Positions 1-11,900 of a stretch of DNA of 64,000 nucleotides are shown one piece after another; positions within the stretch are counted from its first letter, which is position 1, and each line of letters starts with the position of its first letter. The notes below the pieces were generated by a model that was not told the origin of the DNA, did no database searches, and saw nothing but the letters and a program-made list of their open reading frames with translations. The DNA comes from Lama glama (taxonomy: Eukaryota). A program made the position numbers and the translations under genes. The stretch covers positions 30,568,001-30,632,000 of the forward strand of contig CM052817.1 in the NCBI GenBank assembly GCA_028534125.1, written 5' to 3'.

Positions 1-1799
1 AAATCCTCTCTGACTTCCTTGAATACAAACATAAATACTGATTTTTCAACAAAAATATAAAATCTTGGATAAACACTATATTGGAAAAGATGTCAAGAAA
101 TAGGATGTACATTCTTTTGTGTGGCATGTTTCTGTGAGCCTGACACCTTCAGAACTCTCCAGATAAGGAGTGGAAGCAAGTCCGCTTTGAGAAGATCTCT
201 AACCCAACTACATATATTTTGTTTACTTCCTTCCTTTTACAGTTATTTCTAACTACATAAATTTTGTTTTGTGTGACCACAGAGCTTAATCTCAGAAGTG
301 AGAAAGGGCACAGTGTGCTTACCTCTCTTTTTCCTCTCTCCCCTGTCTCTAAATATCGACCACCTCACACACTTCTCAGTTTAGATCCCACTCAGAAATC
401 TACACTGGGGAGAAGGAGTGATGGGAACTCTCTAAAGAGATTTTTGTCAATTGCCAGTTTGATTCTTTTCTTTGTAAGGGAATATGAGTAAGAAATAAGC
501 TGGAGAGCTACGTGGAAAGCAATCAGAGTAAAAAGACAAGAGGGGCATGGCATAGTTCTTGGGGAGGCATTTATGGATACTTTTGGAGGCCAGGATATGG
601 GAGTAATTGTGGAATATGGGGAAACAGATGGGATAAAAGGATTTTAAGAAGTGTTCATTTCCATTGTATGCATACACTTCATGGTGTTTAAGAAATGCAA
701 ATGAATACATTAATTTACTTAGAAGTTGATTTTTGATCTCTGTGCTGTGATTCTGACTGCCATACTGCAATTGTATGAGTTCAATACGACTAAAAAAGGG
801 AACAAACAATGGAATTTAGGAGAAATGTAATAAAAGATGTCTTGATCAAGAAATGATTCAAGTTTAAAACAATATCTAACAATGTTAGCATTTAAAGGAT
901 GTGTTTAATCTATGACACTAAGTTATGCAATCTTACAGCTTGAACATCCACATGATTTTTTGAGAGAGACTGCTTTCTGGCAAGTTTTTGTTTTTATTTT
1001 GTTTTTAAACCAGTGGTTTGCAGGTGATTTGACAGAACTGACATCTCCATTTATTTAGGTCATATGAATGGCTTGCTAAATTTGTCGTACTGCACCTCAA
1101 AGACTAATTAAAAATTTTTCAATTTTTGCCACTTAAATGTTTCAAACTGCCACTTACTAGCTCAACTGCCAGCTCACTAAGGTCTGGAGTCAATTAGCTA
1201 AATGAAGGGACAGTTAAGGGGATGGTGTACTAGCAGCAGCAGGATATATCTCCACTGTCACACTCCCAAAGCTCAGAGTACCTTTACTTAATTGTGCTGC
1301 CATTTTTAGCTAAGGTTTAGGAAGAAGCCACTCTGCCCTGGTAACTCTTTTCCCCAGAACCTGAATGACTTCTAAGTTTGACACCCTGCTGAGAGCAACC
1401 CATGTGACCCAGTTCTCTCACAATCTTGTTTCATGTGTTATAAATGTAGAGGTATTATGTCCTCTATGGATTTTATTGAAGGACACATGTTTCTTCCTCT
1501 ATGTCATCCCCTCTGGATCTGTTTGACTATTAAGTAATGGCAATGCACACAACAGCACACCAAGTGACACAGGTCAAAGGGCATTGGTAATTTGGGTTAT
1601 TTTTTCATAGGTTGAAATTCTGTACTGATTATAAAGCTAATTATCCAAATATCATGTTGCTGTTTTAAAAAATATTTATCTCAGTGTGGAGAATCTAGGG
1701 CAAGTGGATCTAAATTCCACAGAGGTTATCAACTGCCAAGAAGGCATAAAAAGTTGGTCTTCATCAAATAGGCTGGTGAATAATGTTAATATACATGTC

Positions 1800-2277
1800 A
1801 GATTAGAGATGGCTACAGTTCTTTGACACTCCTTGAATCTGAGAGGACTCTATAACTATTTGGACCTAGAGAATACAGCACAAACGCCGTGGTTTGTGCC
1901 AGTTTGTAGGATGGACATTAATAGATTTGCTGCCTCCACTTCCTGTCTCTTAGAGCTTGCTCTGGGAAAAACTAGCTACCCTGAATGAAATCTGACTTAT
2001 GAGGCTGCCACACCATGAGAAGGCACAAGGTAGCCACATACAGAGAGAAATCCTCAAATAGCCACCGAGCTCACAGCCCTCTCAGTCTGGGCATCAGGCC
2101 TGGGAATGGAAAAACATTCCGATGACCCTATCTTCACCTGCTATTTGACTGCAAGTGCAGGAGAGACTCCAAGAGACAGCCACTCAGTTGAGCCTAGAGA
2201 ACAACAAGGAAAAATAATAAATTGTTTCAAGCCACCAACTGTTGGGGAAGTTTGTTAAGCCCCAACAGATAACTGGT
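1800..2277 (+). mobile_element. MLT1-type (ERVL-MaLR) solo LTR, old subfamily (MLT1H-like)
   Basis: Has 'gatggctacagttctttgacactcc' near the start and the MLT1 end 'ataataaattgtttcaagccacc...ggggaagtttgtta...cagataactgg'. Confidence 0.7.
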
Positions 2278-4040
2278 TTAAAACCCAACATTTTTTGAGC
2301 ATTTAACTATGAGCCAGAGACTTTTCAAAACATATTCACATGAATTAACTCATTTAAACATCAGGACCACTCAAGATAATTATCCTTATGTCCTAGAGTC
2401 CCTGGACCACCACTACATTAACCTACCTCTAGGCAGTATATTGTCATGTTATGTATCTCAGTTTGCAGTCTCCAATTTACAATATTGTGTGTGTGTGCCT
2501 GTGTAATAATTTGTGCCAACATTCGTTGAACTTACTGAAAATATTTTCAGCTTCATCATATTAGATGGCAAGATGTATATAAACTATGAAGACACTATAA
2601 AGATTAAATTTAAAAGTAAAATCAATACTATTGATATACAAATATATCAATATCATGTACATATTTTCCATTACTTACATAGTACCAGACATGCTTCTTG
2701 CCTCAAATGAGAAAAATGAGTAAGAATAACTTGTATATAAGATTCCAGACATGCATCATGTAGTCTTAAGAGTAACATCGAAACATTGAAAGTAAAATAA
2801 AATACTAGATCACGTGTCTTCTGTTCTTGAAGTATTTATAGCCAGGGGTAATTAGAATTCCCAAAGAGGAAGGCATGTTGTTACAAGGAATGAAACAAAC
2901 CACTTTTTAAATTAAAAGTGTTAATTTTGCTTGTATACACCTTATATCTTCAGTATTTCTGCTCTATTCTATTTTCATTTCCACAGCTTCCTTGCTATCT
3001 TTAAATTATTCCTGCATAATAATATAAAGATCAATTTGTATTCTAAGGAAGTCATGTCTTACCAATCAGGTAGGAGAAATGACCAACTTAGTTTTGCATT
3101 TATATCTACCAAACCAACAATACTCAATACAAGTAGCTAGATCAGGAACTATTTGACTTTATCCACACCACTAGATATCTATGTTTCTGTGCAAACAACT
3201 CAGAAATAAGAACAGCAACAAGCTGGAATATGTATTACGTTATATTAGTTGAAAAAGACTCTTCTCATTCTGTCTTCTCCATTATCTGAACTTATTTCTG
3301 TAGCCTAAGGTTAACTTTAAATTATATAAGATTTGAAAACTGATCTATAAGTGGGGAAATGACATCCCTGCTTTGTGAAGTATTTCATTTCATTCTGCTC
3401 CTGGCCAACTTTAAAAACTATTGTGGAACTTCTTTCAAAATACTTCTTGCCACTGTTTCTAATTTTTCCTCACTCTCTTACCTCCTTGATACTACCTTTT
3501 TCATCTTAATTTCACTATACGAATGAGTTTGGTACATGCTAGCATGCCAGGCACAATGCACTAAAGTAAGGTTTTCATAAAAAGGCAATGGAATGTCAAT
3601 GTTCAATTTCTGAAACCAGTGGAACCAATTCTATCCTACAGCTACTTATCAGAGCACTTATTTCAGAACAGTTTGTATTGTCTGAGTAAGGCATGTTTTT
3701 AACTCAAAGCATGATTATTGTCAAAGAATCACTTTGACAATTAATGACATTTTGACACTAAATGAGCACTTAAAAGGCAAACAAAAATTCTCAGGGGGCA
3801 TGAAAAGTTTTCAGCCGTGATATGGGTATGAAACTGATCCTTTTTATTTTCTATTTATCTTCTTTTACCAAGTGACAGGTGGGAAAAAACAGTCAAGAAC
3901 AGTAAAGCTATATTTATTATTTAACAAAAATATACAACCTGACAACAACTTTGAAATATATAGGTCTGAATCACCTCCAAAATGCTATCAACTGTCAGTT
4001 ATGATTATAGAGCCGTGGTAATATCTTTAGTTGACAGCAT

Positions 4041-4459
4041 TACAGATGGCCAATAGGCACATGAAAAAATGCTCAATATTGCTAATTATCTGAAAAATGC
4101 AAATCAAAACTGCAACAAAGTATCACCTCACACCAGTCAGAATAGCCATCATTAAAAGGTTCACAAATAATAAATGCTGGAGACGGTGTGTAAAAAAGGG
4201 GACCCTCCTACACTGTTGGTGGGAATGTTGTTTAGTGCAGCTATTAAGAAAAACAGTATGGAGATTTCTTAAAAAAAAAACCTGAAAGCAGACTTACCCT
4301 ATGATCCAGCAATCCCACTCCTGGGCATATATCTGGTGGAAACTGTAATTTGAAAAGATACATTCATCCTAGTGTTCATAGCAGGACTGTTTACAATAGC
4401 CAAGACATAGAAACAACCTAAAAGTCCATCAACAGATGACTGGATAAAAGATGTGGGGT

Positions 4460-4494
<35 letters not shown>

Positions 4495-4882
4495 GAAATA
4501 CTACTCAGCCATAAAAAGAATAAAATAATGTCATTTGCAGCAACATGGATGGACCTGGAGATCATCATACTAAGTGAAGTAAGTCAGACAGAGAAAGAAA
4601 AATGCCGTATGATATCACTTATATGTGGAATAAAAAAAAAGGATACAAATAAACTTATTTACAAAACAGAGACAGACTCACAGAAGTAGAAAACAAACTT
4701 ATGGTTACCAGGAGGGAAGGAGGGTAGGGAGGGATAAATTAGGAGTTTGGGATTAGCAGATACAAACTACTATATATAAAATAGATAAACAAGGTCCTGT
4801 ATTGCACAGGGAACTATATTCAATACCTTGTCATGGCTTATAATGAAAAAGAATATGAAAAGGAATATATATATGTATATAT
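4041..4882 (+). mobile_element. 5'-truncated L1 (ORF2 C-terminus plus 3' UTR), artiodactyl/camelid-type
   Basis: ORF2 remnants [27 protein letters not shown] and MSFAATWMDLEIIILSEVSQTEK. Internal (CA)n at ~4462-4492. Confidence 0.93.
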
Positions 4883-4884
4883 CT

Positions 4885-5395
4885 TTTTATGGTGACATAT
4901 CATAACCAACGACTTATCATGGTGATCACTTTAAAATGTTTAAAAATACTGAATCACTATGTTGTATAACAGGAACTAACATAATCTTGTAGGTAAATTA
5001 TACTTAAACAAAAAAAAAGAGATAAATTTGTGGTTACCAGAGGTGGGGGGTGTGGGTGGAGAGGGAATTGAATGGAAGCAGTCAAAAGGTGCAAACTGGT
5101 GACATGATAAGGTAAATACGTACTAGGGATGTAATGTAAGACATGATAAAGATAATTAACACTGCTTGTGTTATAGATAAAAGCTGTTAAGAAAGTAAAT
5201 CCTGAGAGTTCTCATCACAAGGGAAAATTGTTTTTCTATCTTTTTAGTTTAGTATCTCTATGAGATGATGGATGTTCACTAAAGTTATTGTCATAATCAT
5301 TTCATGATGTAGGTAAGTCAAACCATTACACTGCACACCTTAAACTTATACACCACTGTATGTCAATTATATCTCAGTAAAACTGGGGGAAGAAA
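4885..5395 (+). mobile_element. Older L1 3' end (L1_Art-like)
   Basis: Contains 'tttgtggttaccagagg...gttctcatcacaagg...ccttaaacttatac...tatgtcaattatatctcagtaaaactgg'. Confidence 0.8.
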
Positions 5396-7789
5396 CATTC
5401 CCACATTTTTAAAAAAAAAAGGTGTTTTCATCATAGTACACAATCTTAAATTGGAATTGTATGAAGTAATTTGCTTATTCTATTTCTTTTAAATATTTTA
5501 TCACAATGTATGAATAAAGAAAAGCTATTGTTGGCTTACTGATCTTTTTGGCAATCAACTAAATTCAAATATCTAATAAACTAAACCTACAAATTTCCCA
5601 GCACTACGCTAAGATCCTCAGCTTTTTATAAATACAATGGGCATATTCATTTTAATCTTGTTCAGTTTAAGAAATAAAACTGAACTTGTATTAAAGAAGC
5701 ATGGCCCTTTCATCCAGTATCCAAATATAGTCACTTTACAATAAAAAAAAAGTTATCAAATAATCATAATGTCATATGAAAGTTACTACAAAAAAGAGAT
5801 AGGAAACATGGGGAAATGCCATGAATTAATTCTACTAATGAGAATCAGAAATGGCCTCACTGAGAGGGAATATTAGTGCTGTGATTTATAGGCGGTCGTC
5901 AACAAGACGAGCAGAAGAAAGGCAATCGTGGCAAAGGATTTAGGTTGAAAAGACATCAATGTATGGCCACGCAGAATATGTCCAGAGAACTTCATGTTGC
6001 CTGGGTGGCTAGATCATAGAATAGGTGGAAGGAGAGGATGAAGGTGACATTAGAGTTGGATTGTGTTGTGTCCTGAATATCACGGTAAGGATTCATATTT
6101 TATCTCAAAGGTGATGGAGAGCCAACCAATTGAGACTCAAAGGCAAGTGTGAAATGAAAGGAAATATTCTGACATCAGCATGTAGAATGGGGGGACTGCA
6201 GACATGAGATCAAGGAGCTAAATAAGGCCACCACTTGAGCAGAAACGCAAGGAGTAATTGTGTAATGAAAAATGGATTACATATCACTCAACCTCTATGA
6301 TGAATGCCAGCATTGTAGATCTGCTCTTTAAGGGACATATTTGAATAATTCAGTTAGCACAATCTCTACAGGGCATTTTCAATTCTACGCTTAGAGTCGC
6401 CAGAAGGTATTATTCTATTCACAATGCAACCTTTTCCAAAATAAAAAAGCAATGGCTTCCCCCTTCACATTTGCTTTTCTGCTAAAAGAAACATTAGACC
6501 TAGTCTTATTTATGAGTAAAGAATATATCATTCTCAGTTATCGAAGATTATTAGATATTGTATGATGTATTGGTTAGAAAAGTATGCATTTGAAAATACG
6601 CAAAAATAGAATGATATCTTTACCCTTCCCATTTTGCATTCAGGAGAAAAACAGTATTGTACTCCCTTCTCTCCATGACACTGGTAGGAACACCATAAAC
6701 TAGGAGGGAAGGAGTTTTGGCACCAAACCACATTAATTTGTTACTAATGAGTGAGGAAATAAAATTGCAGAAAACTGAAGGAAGAAATGGAAAGGTATCA
6801 GAATGTTGGAATAAATGCCAAATGAAATAGCTCCCTCTGTTAAAAGTACACTTGTATCCATCTGTTTAGTTTTCAACTGATAAATGCACATGGGGCATCT
6901 TGACAATAATATTATTCCACAAGCAGACAGACATACGGGCCTTACTTAATAAATGATACCACTGATTAGCATTCATCTTAATACTAATGATACAGATTCA
7001 TGAATCTGTTTGCCCAGAACACCAAGTTGATGAATATTACCCTGAGGAGTTTTTAAATGAGAACATAACCCAAAACAATGTTAAATGGATGACATTATTT
7101 TACATCCTCCAAAATAAAATAAGAGGGATAGCATTTAAGAACTTGGATGATGGATGCATATTTGACATCAAGAAAACATACTAGAATATAATAGCAAGAA
7201 TTTCATATAATTTTCCTCAGGAGAGAGATTAATTTTCAAAATGCACACAGAACAATAATACTGATTAGGTAACATTGTAAGTAAGTTCACAGTGACTGAA
7301 CCATCCAGGGTGTATTTTCATAACCAAGTGGCCAGCATTGAGCTTCTGCTTCCAATTAGTCAGAAAGAGAATTAACCTTTAACTATGAGCTATATAGGAA
7401 TTATTCATAGAAGATTAAGGCAAATAAAATCCATATAGTTCAAACAATTTATGGAATCCAATTTGAAAAGTCATAAAACCTATACGTATCCTAGTAACTT
7501 ATTTTTCCCACCTCTCTATTCATGCTTGAGTTTGAGAATAGCTTTGTTTGTTTGATTCTCATTTCCACTTTCTTCTAAACTAGCTGCACTTCTCTATCAT
7601 TAATATTGAAAATAAAAGGCAGGCACTTTCTAACTAGTATTCAATTCAGTTGGAAGTAGGATCTGATGATCAATGAGGCTTTTTCAGAAATTGAAAAAAA
7701 AAGCATAACACAAATCACTACACAACAAAGGGGCTAAATCCTCTAAATGTTAAAAATTTAATAGCAATGTTCTCACAAGAGTAGGGAAT

Positions 7790-8147
7790 TGCCTTAGTCA
7801 GTTCAGGCTGCTGTAACAGAATACCATATACTCCATGGCTTAAACGACAGAAGTGTATTTCTCCAGTTCTGGAGGCTGAAAGGCCATGATCAAGGTGCCA
7901 GCATGGTTGTGTTCTTCCAGATTGCAGATGGCCAACTTCTCGTTGTATCTCCACGTAGCAGAGCAGAAAAAGGAAGCAAGCTCTTGTGACTCTTATAAGG
8001 GTGTTAATCCCATTCATGGGGGCTCTACCCTTATGACTTCATCCAATCCTAATTATCTCCCAAAGCACCACCTCCTAATACCATCACAGGCAGGGCAGGG
8101 GTTCAACATACGCATGTTGGGAGGACACAGACATTCAGTCCCTGACA
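7790..8147 (-). mobile_element. MLT1A-type solo LTR
   Basis: TG...CA ends ('tgccttagtcagttcaggctgctgtaaca' ... 'acattcagtccctgaca'). Near-perfect 5-bp TSD GGAAT/AGAAT. Confidence 0.88.
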
Positions 8148-10089
8148 AGAATCATATTTAACTGAACAAATGCAATTCAACATGGAGGATAATTAATTAA
8201 TATGTCATGAAATACAACAACAAAAAAGAAAACTACTTATACTATGCATTTTATTAGTATGCATTCATACAGGAATGTGCGCATATGTCTACAGGTTGTG
8301 GAACATCTGTGGTCAATTTTTTTCTCTCAGGTATGCTCTCTTTTTGTTAAGGTATAAATCAATTTTTTCTTCAGAAAACAATTGTTCTAGAATATTTAAA
8401 ATAATAGAGATCAAAATTTCCATAAAATTTGATCACAGGCACTTAAAAGATAAATGTATTGGAGCTACACTCTGGAATCAGATAGATACACTGTTTGTAT
8501 TTTAGGGACTCCAGGAAAATATTTTAAATACTCATTCTCCAGTGGAAATTGAAACATGAATTATTGTCCATGCTATATACTCATGTATAAATTTTGTTTT
8601 TAACTAGCAAAGGAAGTTCATTACCACTAGTGATAAGTTTAGCTTACAGAAGCAAGGGAAACTTGCTTAAAGAGATAGCATTAAAAGAAATCATTTCGTG
8701 CTCTATTATTTTAAAATACTAAACCAACATTTGATAATATCCTTCTTTTCAAGACATATCTGCCAAAACAAAATCATAATGATTATGTGCTCCTCATTAT
8801 CATTTTCCACAGTAATACTGTTACACACAGAAAAATCATTAATTTCGGGGGGGGGAGGGCAAATGTGATTGCTATAAGCTCCAGGAATGTGTAGTTTGTA
8901 AGAAAACTGTATTCTCCTGAAATCAAAACCCTGTATCTCTTACAAATCTCGAAATGTTTTAAATATCACACTTTTTATTATTTGCTACTCTGTTTGAGCA
9001 AGAATAATGAAGCTTAAAGAATAATAAATTTAGTTCTTATGATATGATAAAATGTACATTATTATTTTTCTTTAATTTCATAATATGGAATATTTTCAAT
9101 TGTACAATTAAACACACAACTTAAAATTATTTAGAGGGCAGACAGATAAGCTTTTATTCCTCAGTTTCTACAGCGTTTCAACTGAAAAACCAAACAGAAT
9201 ACTTTATTTTTTCTTCAGTTCTCAACATTTTTAGCAGAAAATTATCAAGAAGTTTTCATTGTTAAAGATAAACCAGTGGAAAATTTAACTTCTTATTTAC
9301 TATGGCCATTCAATGTCTTATAGCATAGAGTATGGCTTTGCATGAAAACTGGATTTTAATTCAATTTATAAGTGAAACTCCCTTAAAATCATAGAATGTT
9401 GCCTCATCAATCAACAATAATTTATATATATATATCTTAAAATATGAAAGCTCTGATTTATTGCATATTTGAACTAGGAAACAATGTCCACAATCAGTAA
9501 AATGACCACAAACATGCTCCTTTATATCAGCAAACACCTGCAGAGATGGAATGCAGGCCTCCCTTCACAAATACAGAGAGCTGAAAAATACTGTCAGTCA
9601 AAGGTTAACTGCAATAATATCTTCTGTTATTATGGTTTCTTTTCCTTCCCCCAAAGGGAAGGGTTTACTATCAACTGTGTTATCACAGATTTAATCCTGA
9701 TTTAATACCTGATTCCAGTGACACCTGAAGAGCAGAAGGGAAAAAGCAAGTAGCTCTGATTGTCAGTAAAAGATATCAGTAAAAGATACTTTGGTCCATC
9801 CTGATCTAATGGAAATAAAAATCATAGACGGTGATTCAGTTTAAAGGGTGAAATAAAAACATTTATAATTCACTCCTCTTCTATGAAATCCCTCCAAAAA
9901 ACCGATAATAAAGACATATTGGGGAAAAAATGAAAACCACATCCATAATTACAAGCAATTGATAATGAACTCTAATAAATAGCTTCTCAAGTTAAGAAGC
10001 ATTAACAGGAGAAAGACTACTGACTGATACATATCTTGATAGGATATAGATTTCACTAAGTGTCATGGTCCTCAGGTGTCCTCCAATGA

Positions 10090-11050
10090 CTATTTGAAGC
10101 CACCATGAGATGGAGCATGAAAAGGCAAGACACAAACATAGTCCCGTCTTCACTGGTTTCCAGTTATATACTCCCACATGGTAGAATATGGGAGGAAAGA
10201 AAAATTGCTGGTCGATTCTATTTGACAGCTGTGAAACAGGCTGCTGGGTAACATGGACTACCAGCCTTAGAGTAGGAAAGTAGCAGGAAGTGGTGAGGAC
10301 CACGAGAGCACTAATAACACGGAGAAAATAAAACTGAGGGAGTTTTACACTGTGAGCCACGTAGATCACCCCGATGTCAAAAACAGACAAAATATGGTCT
10401 CTGGGCAGAGGATAAAAGAGATTTGGGAAGGTGGGTTTGAAACCTGAAATTTAAATAGCTTCTGTGGGCTGATCTGATTCATTCTCCCACCGCTTCCCAC
10501 ACTACAGTTCAGTAAATAGCTGGCTTCATTCAGTGATTAATAGACAGATACCAGCCTGGCACATAGGCAAAGAAGGAAAAACACAATGCAAAAGCAGATG
10601 AAGTTCATACCAGAGAAAAAAACTTCTTCAGGAAACAAAGAAGAAATGTATACAGATAATTTTCTGTAGTCTCAAATAAACTATAAACGTGACCTCATTA
10701 ACAGAGTGAGAAGCTCAAAGGTAATATTTTAATAGAGATTATAAAAACAAGCAGAGAAATGAAAAAATGAAATAGCACAGACCAAGAAAACAAGGGAAAA
10801 GAATAAAACCATTATGAAGTTGAAAAATCACTTTAGAGGTTACAAAATAAACACAACTGAAAACTCACTTGGGTTACAACTGACAAAAGTTGGCAATATT
10901 TTTAAAAAATATACAAGTGAATATAGAGAATACTCTAAGTAGTTATAGAAAAAAAAGAACATTCTGAAAAAAAATTACTTAGACATGCAATAGGGAAAAA
11001 CCTTTCCTGAAATAAAGTCTGAAACCTGGAATAAAAAGACACAGTGTCCC
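10090..11050 (+). mobile_element. Highly decayed L1M/HAL1-like 5'/ORF1 fragment
   Basis: A-rich strand asymmetry and ORF1-end-like 'gaaaaacctttcctgaaataaag...aaaagacacagtgtccc'. Confidence 0.45.
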
Positions 11051-11479
11051 TGATATGTCTTGCTTTAATTAAAACTATCTAATTTCAATCATTCCTTCAG
11101 TTTCACCCTTATACTTTTATCTTAAATTGAGATAAAGATAAATTTCATGTTTTTTAAAATTATTTAACAGCATTCATATATGGCATATTTGGCCCAAAAT
11201 TTACAATTTTCTGTCTTTTAATGAATCTGCTCTTCAATACAAACATCTTACACATGATAGCGTGATATTCATGAGATAGTAACAATTTTGAGACTTTTTA
11301 ATTTTCTGCAATACCTATCTTTATTTTTAACAATCACATATCATTTTTACAAATGACAAAGAAGTCATTGGATAAAAGAATTAGAAGGCAACGGTTAATT
11401 AAGAAAGAAAAGAAAAATGAGATCTCTCAATTCTTACCCTACCTCTAGGTTCAAGGCCCTTCATCCTGTAGCTCCTACA

Positions 11480-11900
11480 GCGATCAGATGACTTCTCTAA
11501 AACAGAAGCATAGCATGTTCACTGTCATCTCATTATCCTGCAAGATTTTCAATAAATTACCACTGATCCAGGATCACGTCTCATTTCTTTAGTAATTTAC
11601 ATAAAACTCTCTCCAATCTGCCCCAGCAGGTCTTTCCATCATCAGCCCTCACTTTCCCACATTCACCTTCCCTCCCAATATCCTGAACTATTTGTAGTAA
11701 GCATTCCCCTTGAAGTTCCAAATCTATATCCCTTTTCATGCTTCAGTTGGTAGTAAAAATGTCCTTTTATTGTTTGTTTCTGGGAGGAAGGGGAGGGCCA
11801 AGAACTCCAAATTATTCTACAAAATTCATTTTAATGTTTCTGTGAAGCCTTTCGTGCAATCACTGTTTTTTCCCCCATCTCCCCATCAACAATCATAAAA
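11480..11900 (+). mobile_element. L2 fragment
   Basis: Pyrimidine-rich L2 3' region motifs ('cagatgacttctctaaaacaga', 'tctgtgaagcctt'). Confidence 0.6.

Noticed and set aside
1..4000. Neighbouring gene (COX7B2 by human synteny), RNA genes, NUMTs or RE1/REST sites
   Set aside because: No exon or CpG promoter was recognised here, and no tRNA, snRNA, mitochondrial sequence or full RE1 motif was recognised by eye anywhere in the window. Short non-coding exons cannot be excluded.
9763..9788. 13-bp tandem repeat TCAGTAAAAGATA x2 (similar short repeats at ~39350-39381)
   Set aside because: Ordinary slippage duplications.
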